64,000 nt of DNA from Octopus sinensis (lineage: Eukaryota), in NCBI RefSeq assembly GCF_006345805.1, contig NC_043015.1:53320001-53384000 (forward strand), written 5' to 3'. The position numbers and the translations under genes are program-made. A model generated the notes under the pieces. That model was given only the letters and a program-made list of their open reading frames with translations. It was not told where the DNA came from and searched no databases. Every line of letters begins with the position of its first letter. Position 1 is the stretch's first letter. This document shows, one piece after another, positions 12,881-26,898 of the stretch.

Positions 12881-13169
12881 TGCTGGAGAAACAATAAGAT
12901 CAGCTAACGACAGCTGTTGGAAATGGAAGATATGTTAATATTAAAATATTTAATTCACGGAGCATTTAAAAAGGTTAACAATAAATACAAATGCTGTAAA
13001 GAAATTAGAAGAATTTTAGTCACGTTAATGTTCATAATAATATCCTTTGTTTCAACGAATAAGGGAAACAACTGCGACAGGTTTAGACAAAACAAACCTT
13101 TCCTTGATTTTGCCGACATATGTCTGAATCTACTCTTACTTACATGCGATAGGTGCCTCCCGTATCCTG

Positions 13170-13885
13170 CCATTTTCTTCGTTCACTATTCCTGAGAAGA
13201 TTGCGCAGCTACTTTCTCCGCAGAGTTCTATCAGAGGCAACTGTCATGACACTTTGCTGCTAGATACCTAAGTGTGACCATTTGAGACAGGATATTAACT
13301 AAGCATCTCGCCTATTCTATCCTTAAGTCTCCGGCCGGTTGTTTCGCCTTGAGGAATCCGTCTTGTAATTCTTTCCCACAGCATTCTCATTCCATGTCCG
13401 TTGTACCGGAACTGTGACCTCTCAGTGCAGAGAGGTAGCGGCTCGACTTGGGGAGACTTACTCTTTTACTTGTTTCAGTCATTTGACTGCGGCCATGCTG
13501 GAGCACCGCCTTTAGTCGAGCAAATCGACACCAGGACTTATTCTTTGTAAGCCTAGTACTTATTCTATCGGTCTCTTTTGCTGAATCACTAAGTTATGGG
13601 GACGTAAACACTCCAGCATCGGTTGTCAAGCGATGGGACAAACACAGACACATAAACATATATACACACACACACACACATATACATATATACGACGGGA
13701 TTCTTTTCAGTTTCCGTCTACCAAATCCACTGACAAAGCTTTGGTCGGTTCGAGGCTATAGTAGAAGACACTTGCCCAAGTTGTTTATAATTACTGTGTC
13801 TAGTAAACAATACTCCACGAAGCCTTCGCAGAGACTCCATTTCAGCCGCCCATATCCGCGTTCGTACTCTTTCGGTCATTAACTT
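13170..13885 (-). mobile_element. RTE/Expander-like LINE 3' remnant interrupted by a SINE (13458-13780)
   Basis: LMTERVRTRIWAAEMESLRR (13880-13820) continues as QVEPLPLCTERSQFRYNGH after the SINE. Confidence 0.65.
13458..13780 (-). mobile_element. SINE family B
   Basis: High identity to 2570-2907. Confidence 0.85.
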
Positions 13886-14193
13886 ATCAAAATAAGTGAG
13901 TTGCTAACGATAAAATTTTATGAGACTAAAAATCAGAGGTCAGTTTCAACATTGGCGTAGGAAGGAAACATGTTTAGAAATTAACAGCTTTTATTGTTTT
14001 TATCGTCTTTTTTGACAGTTCAATGTTCGAGAAAATAAATAGTCGAAATATAATGAAGTCGTCTCAATAGGTTATAGATATATAAATAGCGAATATCAAA
14101 GACACTGATAAAAGAATAAAACGATAGATATTTATTTTGTAAATAAAGCTTATATATGGAGGAGAGAGATAGAAGCTTTGGGTGTGTATAGAG

Positions 14194-14486
14194 CAGTGAT
14201 TCTCAATCTGTTTTTTCTTGTGGACTTTTTTGACTTGTTTTTTACTTCACAAGGTTCTATAGCCATTCCATGTTTTACAAAAATCCTATTGCATTTTTTA
14301 TATATTTAAATATTATAGAAAATTGTTTTAAAAATGTTAATATATTTTGTGAATTGTACAATTATCGCCGATTTATTGCAGGTGAATTTTTATCAACAAA
14401 ATCTGTGAACCCTCAAGGGACATATGAACCTCACAAGAGTCATATATACCCCTAAGGGCCATGGGGATTCCGGTTGAGAACCACTT
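14194..14486. mobile_element. hAT-type MITE
   Basis: TIRs CAGTGATTCTCAA / TTGAGAACCACTT; degenerate 8 bp TSD GTATAGAG / GTGTAGAA. Confidence 0.7.
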
Positions 14487-15397
14487 GTGTAGAAGAATTG
14501 TGAAGGGTAACTCACTGTTATGTTACTTGGTTTATCAAGCGCGAGCTAACACCGTAACCGTCAATCGCAAGCGAGCGTGAGTTGATAACTTGTACAACAG
14601 TTTCGCTATTTGTATTAGAAATAACCGTATTTCTGAATAGACATAGATGTCTACCCAGCCGTTCCACTCTTCAGGTAGTGGAACATAGAGAATGTGAGAG
14701 TTGGGGTGAGAGAGACAGAGGTATACCATCACTGAAGTGGTACTCATTTTCAATTGAGTAAAGTAGAACAACGTGAATTGATATGATTCGCTTAAGGACA
14801 AAGATACAATGCACCGCCTGGTCCCTGAATCGAAATAAATTCCTTAAGGTCGTGAACTAAACACGCTAACCACGAAGCTACGCTCCTCACAACCAAGGAC
14901 GACAAAAGGAAACGTAGATTTGTGAGGAGATCGATTTATGAAGAAACAGCATTGAGACGGAATATTATAATACAGTTAGGTTTAGTTTTGTTTTTAAATT
15001 TTTACCACGGTTTCAGTTCTCTACTTTCCCCAATCAACAACCATCAAACATTTATAATTTGTAGAAATTTGATGGCGGATAATTAGCAAAACTATTGATA
15101 TAAATTTCTCGTTTCTCTGCCAAATCTTTCGCTCTTTACACTCTAATTATCATTCAGAGATGCATAACAATAAATTTTATGTTAGACATTAATAAGCCAG
15201 AAGAAAAGAACTTTAATAGGGTCTTTGCCATTTCATTTTCTCAAATTAACTTCCGCAAATCTTCCAGGCATTGCCCCAGCGTGGCCACGTTCCCACGACT
15301 GAAACAAGTAAAATACAAAAGTTAATCTTTTTCGGTTATTTTAACTGAATTATTCTGATTTCCAGGTGGTAATTCATCGGTGATTTATCACTTGCAG

Positions 15398-15458
15398 GAC
15401 TGGTCATTCTACCAATGTACAACATAGCGAGTTTGTTATTGCTGACGATGAAGACAAG
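15398..15458 (+). CDS. Candidate isolated exon resembling part of a fibrinogen C-terminal (FReD) domain
   Basis: Acceptor tttatcacttgcag|G, donor AAG|gtaagc; reads (W)TGHSTNVQHSEFVIADDEDK, with spacing like FReD W-x-G-x9-F-x-I-x-D-E-x-D-K. Confidence 0.3.
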
Positions 15459-15889
15459 GTAAGCGCTGATGGAGTTGGTGTATGACCGAGGATATTCCGG
15501 CTTTCTCTATTACGTGTACGGAGAAGGCGGAGAGCTGACGGAATCGTTAGCACGCCAGGCAAAATGCTTAGAGGCTTTTTGTCCGTCTTTACGATCTGAG
15601 TTCAAACGCTACCGAAGTCGACTCATTTCTTTCGTTGTTCGTAAAAAGAGTTTAAATTCCATGTTTTCGTATTTCGGTTTTTCATGTTGTTTACGTTTTA
15701 TGATGTCCCGTTCCCATATATGCATATGTATATACATTTATATGTGAGATGTACATATATGTATGTATATATTTATATGTATGTATGTATATATTTATAT
15801 ATGTATGTATATATTTATATTATATAATTGAACGCCACGCATCCATTTCCAAGTTTATTATATAATATATATTATAATATATTATTTAT

Positions 15890-16487
15890 ATCATTAATTA
15901 AAATCTTAGGGTAGCAAGAATATTTATTGAAAAAATTCTTAGCTACCAGTGGTATCTCTTATGTGTTTGAACGTACACTGTATTCTTCTCTGAATAATAT
16001 ATAGTCTATTGACTAAATTTTTTTCCTTCTCGCTGGACCACTGGTAGCTAAGAATTTTTTCAGTAAATATTCTTGCTATCCTAAGATTTTAATTAATGAT
16101 AAAATATTTTTTGCTAATTTTGGAAAAAACCCGGCAATTTATTTATTTACTGCTGGTAAGTTCCGCATTTGCGCGGTGGATTCGAAAAATTAGAGCGTAT
16201 AGATACGTGGCGGGTTATTTATCGCTCCGTATCTATATGTTCAGTCCTGGCAACCTACTGAAGAAGCAGCGCCAGATATAGATTGAAATTATTTTGTTTC
16301 AATCTGTATTTAAGTCTGCAGAAACCATGCATGGTCTAGGATAATAAGGTAAAGGTTTTTTTTAAATCACTTTCGGAATTACAACAATTAGTGGCTTGGA
16401 GTTTAACTGTTCTTCCTAGTGAGTCAGACATCCTATTTTTTGGGGGTATCTCTTATGTTTTGAATGTACACAGTATCTTCTCTGAAG

Positions 16488-16492
<5 letters not shown>
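15890..16492. mobile_element. HHR repeat element, diverged member of the 4675-6070 family (~494 bp unit plus short inverted arm)
   Basis: Inverted arm 15890-15953 vs 16037-16100; direct repeat GGTATCTCTTATG at 15951 and 16445; shares GGTAGC...GCTA-C and AGTCT-TTGACTA blocks with the family. Confidence 0.8.
16254..16340 (+). ncRNA. Type I hammerhead ribozyme
   Basis: CCTA-CTGAAGA-aGCAG...long hairpin...CTGCa-GAAACCATGCATGGTC-TAGG; palindromic stem III; GUC triplet. Confidence 0.85.
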
Positions 16493-16554
<62 letters not shown>

Positions 16555-17273
16555 TATATATTGTGGTGATTTTTGTAGCCACCACGCTTGACAATTGGTG
16601 TTGATGTATTTGCGTCCCCAAAAGAGGCCGATAGGATAAGCAGCAGGCTTAAAAAATAAGCACTGCGCTCGATTCATTCGGATAAAATTGTTCAGTCATT
16701 AGAATACTCCCATGTTAGGGGCACAGTTCTAAAAGTGTGACCCACAGCATACGAGAATCAAGAGTCTCTCAGTAGATCAACCTCCTAAATACTGCAGCAA
16801 CATCTAACGAAAAAACCCCATAGCCCTCACACGCAAGCGATTATGAATTGGCAGCAAGTACCATGCTTTTAATAACTGTTTCAGCGGCCTGAGTAATTAC
16901 GAGTTGACACAGACGCGTTCTTGGGGTTTCCTTCCTTGATTCCTGAAATCTCGAGAGCAAAATGGTGGCGGTGCTCCTTTTCATTTGTGTAGATTGGAGT
17001 AACGCTACATGAAGTGACCTGCTTAAGTGCAAAACAATTCGAACCCACAGCTACACAACCGCGTGTTCAGTTCCCTGACTCCTAGGTGATACATCTTCAT
17101 ACTACCATCTAAAGATGCACAAAGGTCAAAGCTGAGTGTCCTAAATGGAACAGAATGGGATTCCATTTACCAAATATCTGAATGATCAAAGCTAACAGGG
17201 GGCGGACATCAAAAATGATTACAACTACTGCCACTGCAGATACTACGATTTCTACTACTAGTACTACTACTAC

Positions 17274-17305
<32 letters not shown>

Positions 17306-18039
17306 TTATTACTAATACTAATACTAATACTAATACTACTGCTACTACTACAACTACCACTACCACTACTACTAGCCCCTTCACTACCACGACGACCATG
17401 TCTACCGCCATCACTGCCACTACTACTACTACTTCTTCTTTCACTACTACTATCACTACTACTACTGCTACTGATGCTGATGCTACTACTGCTAAAGATT
17501 GTAAGACCATTCAGGCCGAAGTGCTTTTCTATGTATTTATGTGCGTGTACCCTGTCGTGCGTGTGTGTATGCAAATGCACGTGTATGCATCTGTACGTAT
17601 GCGTTTGTGTGTGATTGCGCACGCGCGTGCTAGGCCACCACCTTACAGCTCATAAAACAATATGGTGTTATCTGGGAAGGTCAGTACAGCAAGATGGAAG
17701 CTCTTTCAGGTGAATGGAGTCACTGAACCGAGACTGATTTTCCGGTTCATTTATTTCAGTTCCCAACTCTTAACACATCTGGGAAAAGAAAAAAAAGGAA
17801 GGGGCACAAAAGTAACAAAATTCTATTTCCTTCCCCCCTCCGTCCCCTTGACTCACAAAACTATATCAGAACACGAAGAAATGAGGGAACATCTACTGGG
17901 TCGATTGATTTGCTGGTGGTTAGGGTTTTGCGTACACGGTCGTAAGATTGTGATTTCAATTCCTGGACTAAGTAGCTATAATGAAATTCGTTTATAGCTG
18001 TCCTCAAGGGCGAGCCCCCTGAGAGAGAGAGAGGAGGTA

Positions 18040-18082
<43 letters not shown>

Positions 18083-19548
18083 TGTGTTGTTCTAGCGCTT
18101 CTTCCTTGCTATCCTCCGAGGCAACACCTTTTTCCATTTTTTATGCTGGTGCCATGAGAAATGTCATTTAATGATTTTTATCAAAGAGTTCAAGCAATGA
18201 TTGAATGCTGAGCGGATTGGAAGAACAGGAAGATAAATGTGTTGAGTTCTAGAACCGAGTATTTAATCCATAGTCCGCCAATCCACTCATCATTTAATTA
18301 TTAATTGAACCCTTTGAAAAAACCATTGAATGACCTTTCTCATGGCACAAGCAGACAAAATGGAAAAGGCGTTGCCCCAGAGGATAGCGAGGAAGATACG
18401 CTACAACAGCCACTCTCATTCACAGGGATCGCACTTTCAGACAACTATAAACAATTTCCAGCAACAGCTAATTAATTAATTTTGAGACCGACCGGCATGC
18501 CGTTCAGTGGGGATGGGCTGTTGTAATCTCAGTCGCTTATATGCATGGAAATCGAGTGAAACCGCCTGTCTTATGACTTCTACGGCTCACGAAAGACATA
18601 CCGTATATCGAATTTTTCAAACTAAAATTGATAACCAAAATGATAAGTCGACTTATATAGAAAGACGGTTTTGGAGAATCCAAAAATTCTATGGGAAATG
18701 CAACAGGATTCGCAAAGACAGTGACAATGTTTGAATGTTTTCACTACGTGTTTACTTTATATCCTATCTCGACTTGAATGCCAGAAAATACGTTGTCTGA
18801 GAAAGTAAAATACATTGGAAAAATTATGACGTGATGGTTACGGATTGTAGAACTTTGAACATAGGTCATAGCACTACTCAAACGTAGTTGACCTGTTGCT
18901 CAAGAATATAGAAACGTTTGACCATTCATAGAATGTAACAATAACGAAAAAAAGAATGAAGAGGAAGGGAAAATAATATGATAAGGCTGAGTGTCATTTT
19001 GGTAAAATCAGATTTGTGGAATGGAATATGATGTTGGAATAAGAATTGTGTGTGTGTGTGTTTTGTTTGTGTGTATGTGTGTATGTGTGTGTGTGTGGAT
19101 GTGTGTGTGTGTGTGGATGTGCATATGTGTGTGTTTGTGTGTGTGTATGAGTGTGCGTGGATGTGTGTGTGTGTAGATGTGTAGATGTGTGTGGGTGTTG
19201 TGTATGTGTCTGCGTGTGTAAGTGTGTGGGTGTCTGTGTGTGGGTGTTGTGTATGTGTCTGTGTGTGCGAGTGTGTGTGTGCGTTTGTGTGTCTGTGTGT
19301 GTGTTTGTGTGCGTGTGAGTCTGTGTGCGTGTGAGTCTGTGTGGATGTGTGTCTGTATGTCTGTGTTGTGTATGTGTGTTTGTGTGTGTGTTGTGTGTGT
19401 TGTGTGTGTGGATGTGTTTATGGATGTATGTGTGTATTTACTTTACCACTTGTAATTTCTTTTTCTCTTTATATACAAACCCTTGAACGTCTATTAATCA
19501 GACACGGTGTGTGTGTGTGTGTTCGTGCGATTAAGATACAGGACTTAA

Positions 19549-19870
19549 GGCGCGTGGCTTAGTGGTTAGGGTGTTCGACTCATGATCGCAAGGTCGTGAG
19601 TTCGATTCACAAGTTGATGTTGTGTCCTTAAGCAAGACATTTTATTTCACCTTCTTCCAGATCACCCAGCTGGTAAAAGTACCTCTGTTTCAAAGGTTCT
19701 CAGCTTTGACACATTCTATGTTACGCTCAATATTCCTGGGAATTACATTGAAGGTAAGCGTGTCTTTGGAGTACTCAGCCGCTTGCGGATTGATTTCACG
19801 AGCAGACTGTCATGTTGATTGGATTAACTGAAACACAGTCATCGTTGTAAGCGACGGAGTGGCGGGTTTT
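19549..19870 (+). mobile_element. tRNA-derived SINE family C
   Basis: GGCGCGTGGCTTAGTGGTTAGGG (A box)...GAGTTCGATTC (B box)...TGTCCTTAAGCAAGAC; related copies at 14560-14890(-), 25705-25960(+), 27925-28170(-), 46250-46720(-). Confidence 0.75.
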
Positions 19871-20025
19871 TTATAAGATATAGTATTATACGTATGTATG
19901 TATGCATGTATGTATAAGTGTGTGTGTTCGTGTGTGTGTGTGTGTGTGTGTATAAATATATATAAACTCATTCATAGGTATGTATATGAATAATGTATAC
20001 ATATGTGTTTAATGCATATGCATTG

Positions 20026-20057
<32 letters not shown>

Positions 20058-20061
20058 TATA

Positions 20062-20115
<54 letters not shown>

Positions 20116-20388
20116 ATATACTGTATATCCTTCCGTACATATGTATACATATATTTATATGATATATATGTTATAAATAGATAAATACTTATATAAGCAT
20201 GTATAGGAATATGCGTATGTGTATATATATATATATACTTATGTACATATGAATATTATTTGAATATATATATATATGTGTGTGTGCCTGTGTGCGTGTG
20301 CGCTTGAGTCTGCGTGCAGTTGTTTGTCGTGTGTGTAACATATCTATGTACTTCTGTATATATATATATGTATATATTATATTATATA

Positions 20389-20419
<31 letters not shown>

Positions 20420-21095
20420 CTATATATATATATAATATATATATGTATGTATGTAGGTATGTAGGTATGTATAAATACTATACATATGTGTAGACATGGT
20501 ATATGCTTGCGCATGTGTGCGCGTGTGCATGCAACTGACTTTGTGAGTGTATGTGTGTGTGCATACAGTTAAGGTGTATGGGGAGTTAGGGATCGAACGG
20601 TTAAATGTCTGCTATAGAAAATCAATGAATTCATTCATTTATCGATATATATGGTAATGCGTTGATACGTGAGTGTGCATATATATATGAAATAGTGGCT
20701 GATTAGGCTCTCTTAATATATTGGTGGAGCGTGCTGGCTCTGATATTGGCTGCCGCTTGCAAGAAACGAAAGTAAATTCTCTTTGGTGAAAGGTAAGATA
20801 AAAAGCCATTGGACTGAGCGAAAAGTGTGTGTGTGTGTGTGTGACTTTATAGACAGCAGACACATATACACACATAAACACGCATATGTATACATAGGCA
20901 CACACATATTGCATACATATAGACATTTACACACATAAATGTATATGAAATAAGACACATTATATATATATTATATTATATATAATATATAATATATATA
21001 CATACATTCATACTACATACATACATACATACACACCATACATACATACAATATATAACAAATGTATATATATATTATAATATATATATATATAG

Positions 21096-21135
<40 letters not shown>

Positions 21136-21376
21136 TATTATGTATATGTATATTTGCATACATGTACGTATACTATATATAAAGGTACAAACATGTATAA
21201 TATAATGTATTATATATAAATGAATATATATTCATATATATAGAGGTCATATCTGCATATACACAAACATATATAAATATATATATTATATATACAAATT
21301 GTATATATATGTATATGCATATATGTATATATATATAATATATAATATATATATATATAATATTATATATATATAT

Positions 21377-21420
<44 letters not shown>

Positions 21421-21610
21421 GAGAGAGAGAGAGAGAGAGTAAGAGATTGTGCTGTTACACGATATTGTTCATACACACATACATATATATATCAGTGTGT
21501 ATGGATACCTACATATACATGTTATGCGTATGTGAATGTCTTTAGACATATATATACATGCATGCACATACACACATATATGTACGAATATCGATAGACA
21601 GATAGATAGG

Positions 21611-21656
<46 letters not shown>

Positions 21657-21731
21657 TGCCAACGTGAGTTAATGCCTTACGCTCGCTGTTATTATTGTTA
21701 TGGTTGTTGTGTTAGTTATTAAAATAATATA

Positions 21732-21945
21732 TGGCGGTGAGCTTGCAAAATGGTTAGAACGCTGGGCGAAATGCTTAGCGCTATATGTCGCTACGTTCTG
21801 AGTTCAAATTCTGTCGAGATCGACTTTGTCGTTCATCCCTTCGGGGTTGATAAATTAAGTACTGTCAATTAGGGGGCGGGGCGATGTGATTGATTGTCCC
21901 GCTCCCTGCTAAAATCCAGGCCTTGTGCCTATAGTAGAAAGGGTT
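21732..21945 (+). mobile_element. tRNA-derived SINE family A (~210 bp)
   Basis: GGCGGTGAGCT head, B-box GAGTTCAAATTC, core TCATCCCTTCGGGGTTGATAAATTAAGTAC, tail GGCCTTGTGCCT. Confidence 0.8.
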
Positions 21946-21974
21946 ATTAAAACAAAATACGTATGCTATTGCTA

Positions 21975-23282
21975 TAATCTTTTCTACTTTAGGCGCAAGG
22001 GCTAGATCTACCCCAGTACATAACCAGTACTTAAGTTATCTACCCCGAAAAGATGAAAGGCAAAGTCGAGCCCGGCGGAATTTGAACTCTGAACATAAAG
22101 ACAGATTATATACCACTAAGCATACCTATTTCTTTATTACCCACAAGGAGCTAAACACAGAGGGGACAAACAAGGACAGACATAGGTATTAAGTCGATTA
22201 CATCGACCGCCTTACAATATATATATATTCTTTTCTTCTTTAGGCACAAGACCCGAAATTTGGGGGGAGGGGCCAGTCGATTAGATCGACTTCAGTACAC
22301 AACTGGTACTTTATTTATCGACCCCGAAAGGATGAAAAGCAAAGTCGACCTCAGTCGAATTTGAAATCAGAACATAAAGACAGACGAAATACCTATTTCT
22401 ATTTCTTTACTCCTCACAAGGGACTAAACACAGAGAGGAAAAACAAGGACAGACAAACGGATTAAGTCGATTATATCGACCCCAGTGCTTAACTGGTACT
22501 TAATTTATCGACCCCGAAAGGATGAAAGGCAAAGTCGACCTCGGCGGAATTTGAACTCACAACGTAACGCAGACGAAATACCGCTAAGCATTTCGCCCGG
22601 TGTGCTAACGTTTCTGCCAGCTCGCCGCCTTACAATATATATATATTCTTTTCTTCTTTAGGCACAAGACCCGAAATTTGGGGGGAGGGGCCAGTCGATT
22701 AGATCGACTTCAGTACACAACTGGTACTTTATTTATCGACCCCGAAAGGATGAAAAGCAAAGTCGACCTCAGTCGAATTTGAAATCAGAACATAAAGACA
22801 GACGAAATACCTATTTCTATTTCTTTACCTCCTCACAAGGACTAAACACAGAGAGGAAAAACAAGACAGACAAACGGATTAAGTCGATTATATCGACCCC
22901 AGTGCTTAACTGTACTTAATTTATCGACCCGAAAAGATGAAAGGCAAAGTCGACCTCGGCGGAATTGGAACTCAGAACGTAGCAACAGACGAATACCACT
23001 AAGCATATCGCCTGGCGTGCTAATGTTTCTGCCAGCTCGCCGCCTTATTATATATATATATAGTATTCTTTTCTACTCTAGGCACAAGGCCCGAAATTTT
23101 CGGGGAGGGGGCCAGTCGATTAGATCGACTCCAGTACACAAGTGGTACTTTATTTATCGACCCCGAAAGGATGAAAGGGAAAGTCGACCTCGGCGGAATT
23201 TGAACTCAGAACGTAACGACAGACGAAATACCACTAAGCATTTCGTCCGGCGTGCTAATGTTTCTGCCAGTTTGCCGCCTTA
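21975..23282 (-). mobile_element. Tandem cluster of ~6 family A SINEs, including a 418 bp duplication
   Basis: Repeated GACCCCGAAAGGATGAAAGGCAAAGTCGACC; GCCTTACAATATATATATATTC at 22209 and 22627. Confidence 0.85.
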
Positions 23283-24009
23283 ATGTTGTTACTATAATGA
23301 CAAGGGAATTAATCTGGTCCGTCATTACGCAAGTTCTGTATTGTAGTTAGTGCTATTGCTATATGTAATACAGAGCTGGTATAACTTTTAATTATTGTTG
23401 TTGTGCCATTGGTTGTTTTGACCGGGATATTGTTTCATAACTATTTATATACGTTTGTATTCATTTCATCACTATTCACGTTTCTATTCCCAATATCACC
23501 CAGGGATTAAGTCCATTGATATACCAAGACCGTAGCTTTGTCTTAACAACTGGTCCGAGTTGTTCGGTTCAATTAGTTCAATCCTCTGAAACCATTTCAT
23601 TTTGACAATTGACGTCATCATTGCTATTTTGTCACCGATTTCACTTATCTCTCGGCAGCCATGTTGGTGCATCGCCTTCTAAGATTTTACCGCATTATAT
23701 TACGCAATCTTCTTAAGTATTTTTAGATCTGACAAATATATTATTGAACTCTTATAGGACGGAAGATGCAGAGGACTTTGATGCAAAAGGACATTACCCG
23801 AATGTGGCTAATCCTTGCAATGTGTTAGTGCAGTAAATGTTAGTGAAGAACTTTTGTTTGTTTTTTGTAATTGTCATTTGGCTGATTTCCTTTGCTTTTG
23901 AAAAACGATCGTTTGAGGCCATTTAAATTGCCACTAGTACATCCTCCAACAACCACAGAGGTGACTGTTTTGAAACGTAAATAAACAAAGATATTTCAAA
24001 AAAGAAAAC

Positions 24010-24161
<152 letters not shown>

Positions 24162-24167
24162 TAATAA

Positions 24168-24501
24168 TTGTTGAGAGGAATTCTTTGGAGTTTGGATAAT
24201 TCACCTCTGGAAACATCGGTGTTTCATTCAACATCCTTAAACAAGCCTTATTCAGGGACCTTTTGAGTGGGATGGGCTACTCAACCCTGTAGAAAATTTT
24301 AACTGAGCTCCACCTGCAAGGTCATGCGCTATTTGTATTGATATGAGATCATCATGTCGCGCACATATGGTTGTGATGCATGTGCCTGGTGTACCCTTAT
24401 CAGACAGGCAGTCATGATAGGTATACTGGGCTTCGTATATTTGTACCCCGGTGTCACTTTGATGATACTCACGGCTCTTTCATTTAGTAATGATAAAAAT
24501 C

Positions 24502-24552
<51 letters not shown>

Positions 24553-25071
24553 ATATGCAGTACCAGGCAGTGGCTCTCGAAGCTTCTGATCTTATTGGAA
24601 GTCTTATCATGTACATTATTTCGTATTGGTATAAAAGATGGGTTACAGCAAATATTCTGCTTAATACCACAGATTTCCTTGTCAGTTGCTTCACCTTAAC
24701 CCTTAGTGGCTGGTGATACGTGCATCTCTGATCTCGAGCAGAAATAGTGGGGAAGCATCATAGCCGTGTTTTGAGAGAATATTTTGGGATTTGAATGGAA
24801 ACATGCGCGTTTCATTCAAATCCTTAAACAAACCTTATTGAGAGACTTTTTGAGCGACATGGGCTAATCAACCCTGAAGAAAATTCTAACTGGGCTCCAA
24901 CTACAAAGTCATGCGCTATTTGTATTGATATGAGATCATCATGTCTTGCACATATGGTTGTGATGCATGTGCCTGATGTACCCTTATCAGACGAGTAGTC
25001 ATGATGAGTATACTGGGCCTCGTATATTCTGCCCAAGTGTCGCTTTGATGGCATGCACTGCTCTCTCACTC
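24168..25071 (+). mobile_element. Two copies of the (AAT)n-associated repeat
   Basis: Homologous to 39494-40051. Confidence 0.75.
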
Positions 25072-26080
25072 AATAATAATAATAATAATAATAATAATAT
25101 TAATAATAATAATAATAATAACAACAACAACAACAACAATGATAATGATAATAATAATAATAATGATAAATTATAATAATTATTTAGCAATAATGATTAA
25201 TTAATAATTATTTCGCAATACACACATACATATCGGACAGTTTCAAAAAGGTGGTATATCGGTTTGTGATAAACAAAATAGGGACTCTTAAAAGAAGCAC
25301 ATTTCGGGAATTAGCTGCGTTCGAGTAATCTCCTTTTGCACCAAAGTCGTCAGTTCTTTCGTCCTATAATAGTTCGATAATTTGTCAGATAAAAATACTG
25401 AAGAAGATTGTGTGATCTAATGGGGTAAAACCTTTGGTGGCGATGCACCAGCATGGCCGCCGAGAAATAAGTGAAACCGGTGACAAAATAATAAGGACGA
25501 CGTCAATTTTTTATATTAAATGGTTTCAGGAAACTAAATCTGCCGGGGAAATTAGAAAGAAAAAGAGACCGTGGAACATTGGGTTACTCTAAAAACGAAT
25601 AAGAATCTGGAAGTGGCCCCTGAAGAGACGCCTATCTACCTGGCGCATACAGACTGCAGGGTTATCTGAAATGATAATCGGGACTTTAATGGAACTATAA
25701 GTGAAGGAGCGGAGTTTAGTAGTAAGGGTCGTAAGATTATGGTTTCGGTCTCGAACTGAGCAATGCCTTTTGTCCTTGAGCAAAACACCTAATTTTCTGT
25801 TGCTTCAGTCCACCCAACCGTAAGCGAGTTCCAGCAATAGCTGGGGAGTTAACACTTCGACGAACACGCGTCTCATTCAGGTGTATGTTGTAATTTCAGT
25901 CACTTAAACGCTATAGAAACCGGTTTAAACTGCGACCTTATGAGTTTACTTCTTACTTCTAATAATAGCGGTTCTGTCGCATTTTTACATACCATGCTAT
26001 GTTGTTTTCTCTGCTCTAATGCTGTGTTCGCATCCAATCAGTCCTCTTCCCCCTCTTTTCTTGGTACATACCAGAACATA

Positions 26081-26142
<62 letters not shown>

Positions 26143-26147
26143 GCTAA

Positions 26148-26360
26148 GACGGTGAGCTAGCAGAATCGTTAGCACACTGGACAAAATGCTCAGTGGTATT
26201 TCGTCTGCCGTTACGTTCTGAGTTCACATTTCACTGAGGTCAACTTTGCCTTTCATCCATTCGGGGTCAATAAATTAAGAACCAGTCAGGTACTGGGGCC
26301 GATGTAATCGACTTGCCCTTCCCTACAAATTCCAGGCCTTGTGCCTTTAATAGAAAGTAT
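26148..26360 (+). mobile_element. SINE family A
   Basis: Full head, core and tail, inside (TTA)n. Confidence 0.8.
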
Positions 26361-26401
26361 TATTATTATTATTATTGTTGTTGTTGTTGTTGTTGTTGTT
26401 G

Positions 26402-26836
26402 TTTTGCCTTTGCACAGCTTCTAACGCTGGAGATGTACTACGGTGTTAGCTGTTCACTTCCAGTGAACTAAGGTAACACCTCTTATTTTTCGAGCACCTT
26501 CCGAAGTATTCTAGCGGTTCCAAGCAGTGCTGTTTCCTGCAAGTGCTCCACCCTTATTGCAACCCTTATTTGTTCCACGTACTTCTCGAGATTTTTGCTC
26601 ACTGTTCCCAGGGCTCCGACAATTATTGGTACTACTACCACCATTTTCATCGACCACAACTGGTTAACCTCCCAAGTTAACCTGTCATGTCTCTCGGCTT
26701 TTCTTTCTTCCTTATCGTATACCTTATTGCCAGCTGGGCATGCTATGTCTATGATCCAGCATAGTTTGTTTTCTTTCTCAATTAAGACTATGTCTGGCTT
26801 CCTATTCTCAATCTCATGGTCGCACTGAATCATAAA

Positions 26837-26840
<4 letters not shown>
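26402..26840 (-). mobile_element. 3' fragment of a second RLE-type LINE subfamily
   Basis: ORF 26483-26833 has RKPDIVL, IIDIACP, VVPIIVGALG, ALLGTARILRKVL; flanked by (TTA)n/(TTG)n. Confidence 0.85.

Positions 26841-26898
<58 letters not shown>

Noticed and set aside
17649-17710. Possible exon YGVIWEGQYSKMEAL resembling a FReD C-terminus
   Set aside because: The similarity is too short, and no intervening FReD exons were found.
19549-19610. tRNA gene
   Set aside because: The tRNA-like head continues into a SINE body, and there is no complete acceptor stem.
21975-23282. CRISPR-like regular repeats
   Set aside because: The units are ~210 bp SINEs without unique spacers, in a eukaryotic context.
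25612-25688. CTGAAGA...GAAATGATAATC-GGG hammerhead candidate
   Set aside because: No convincing stem II and only a 2 bp stem III; plausibly chance.
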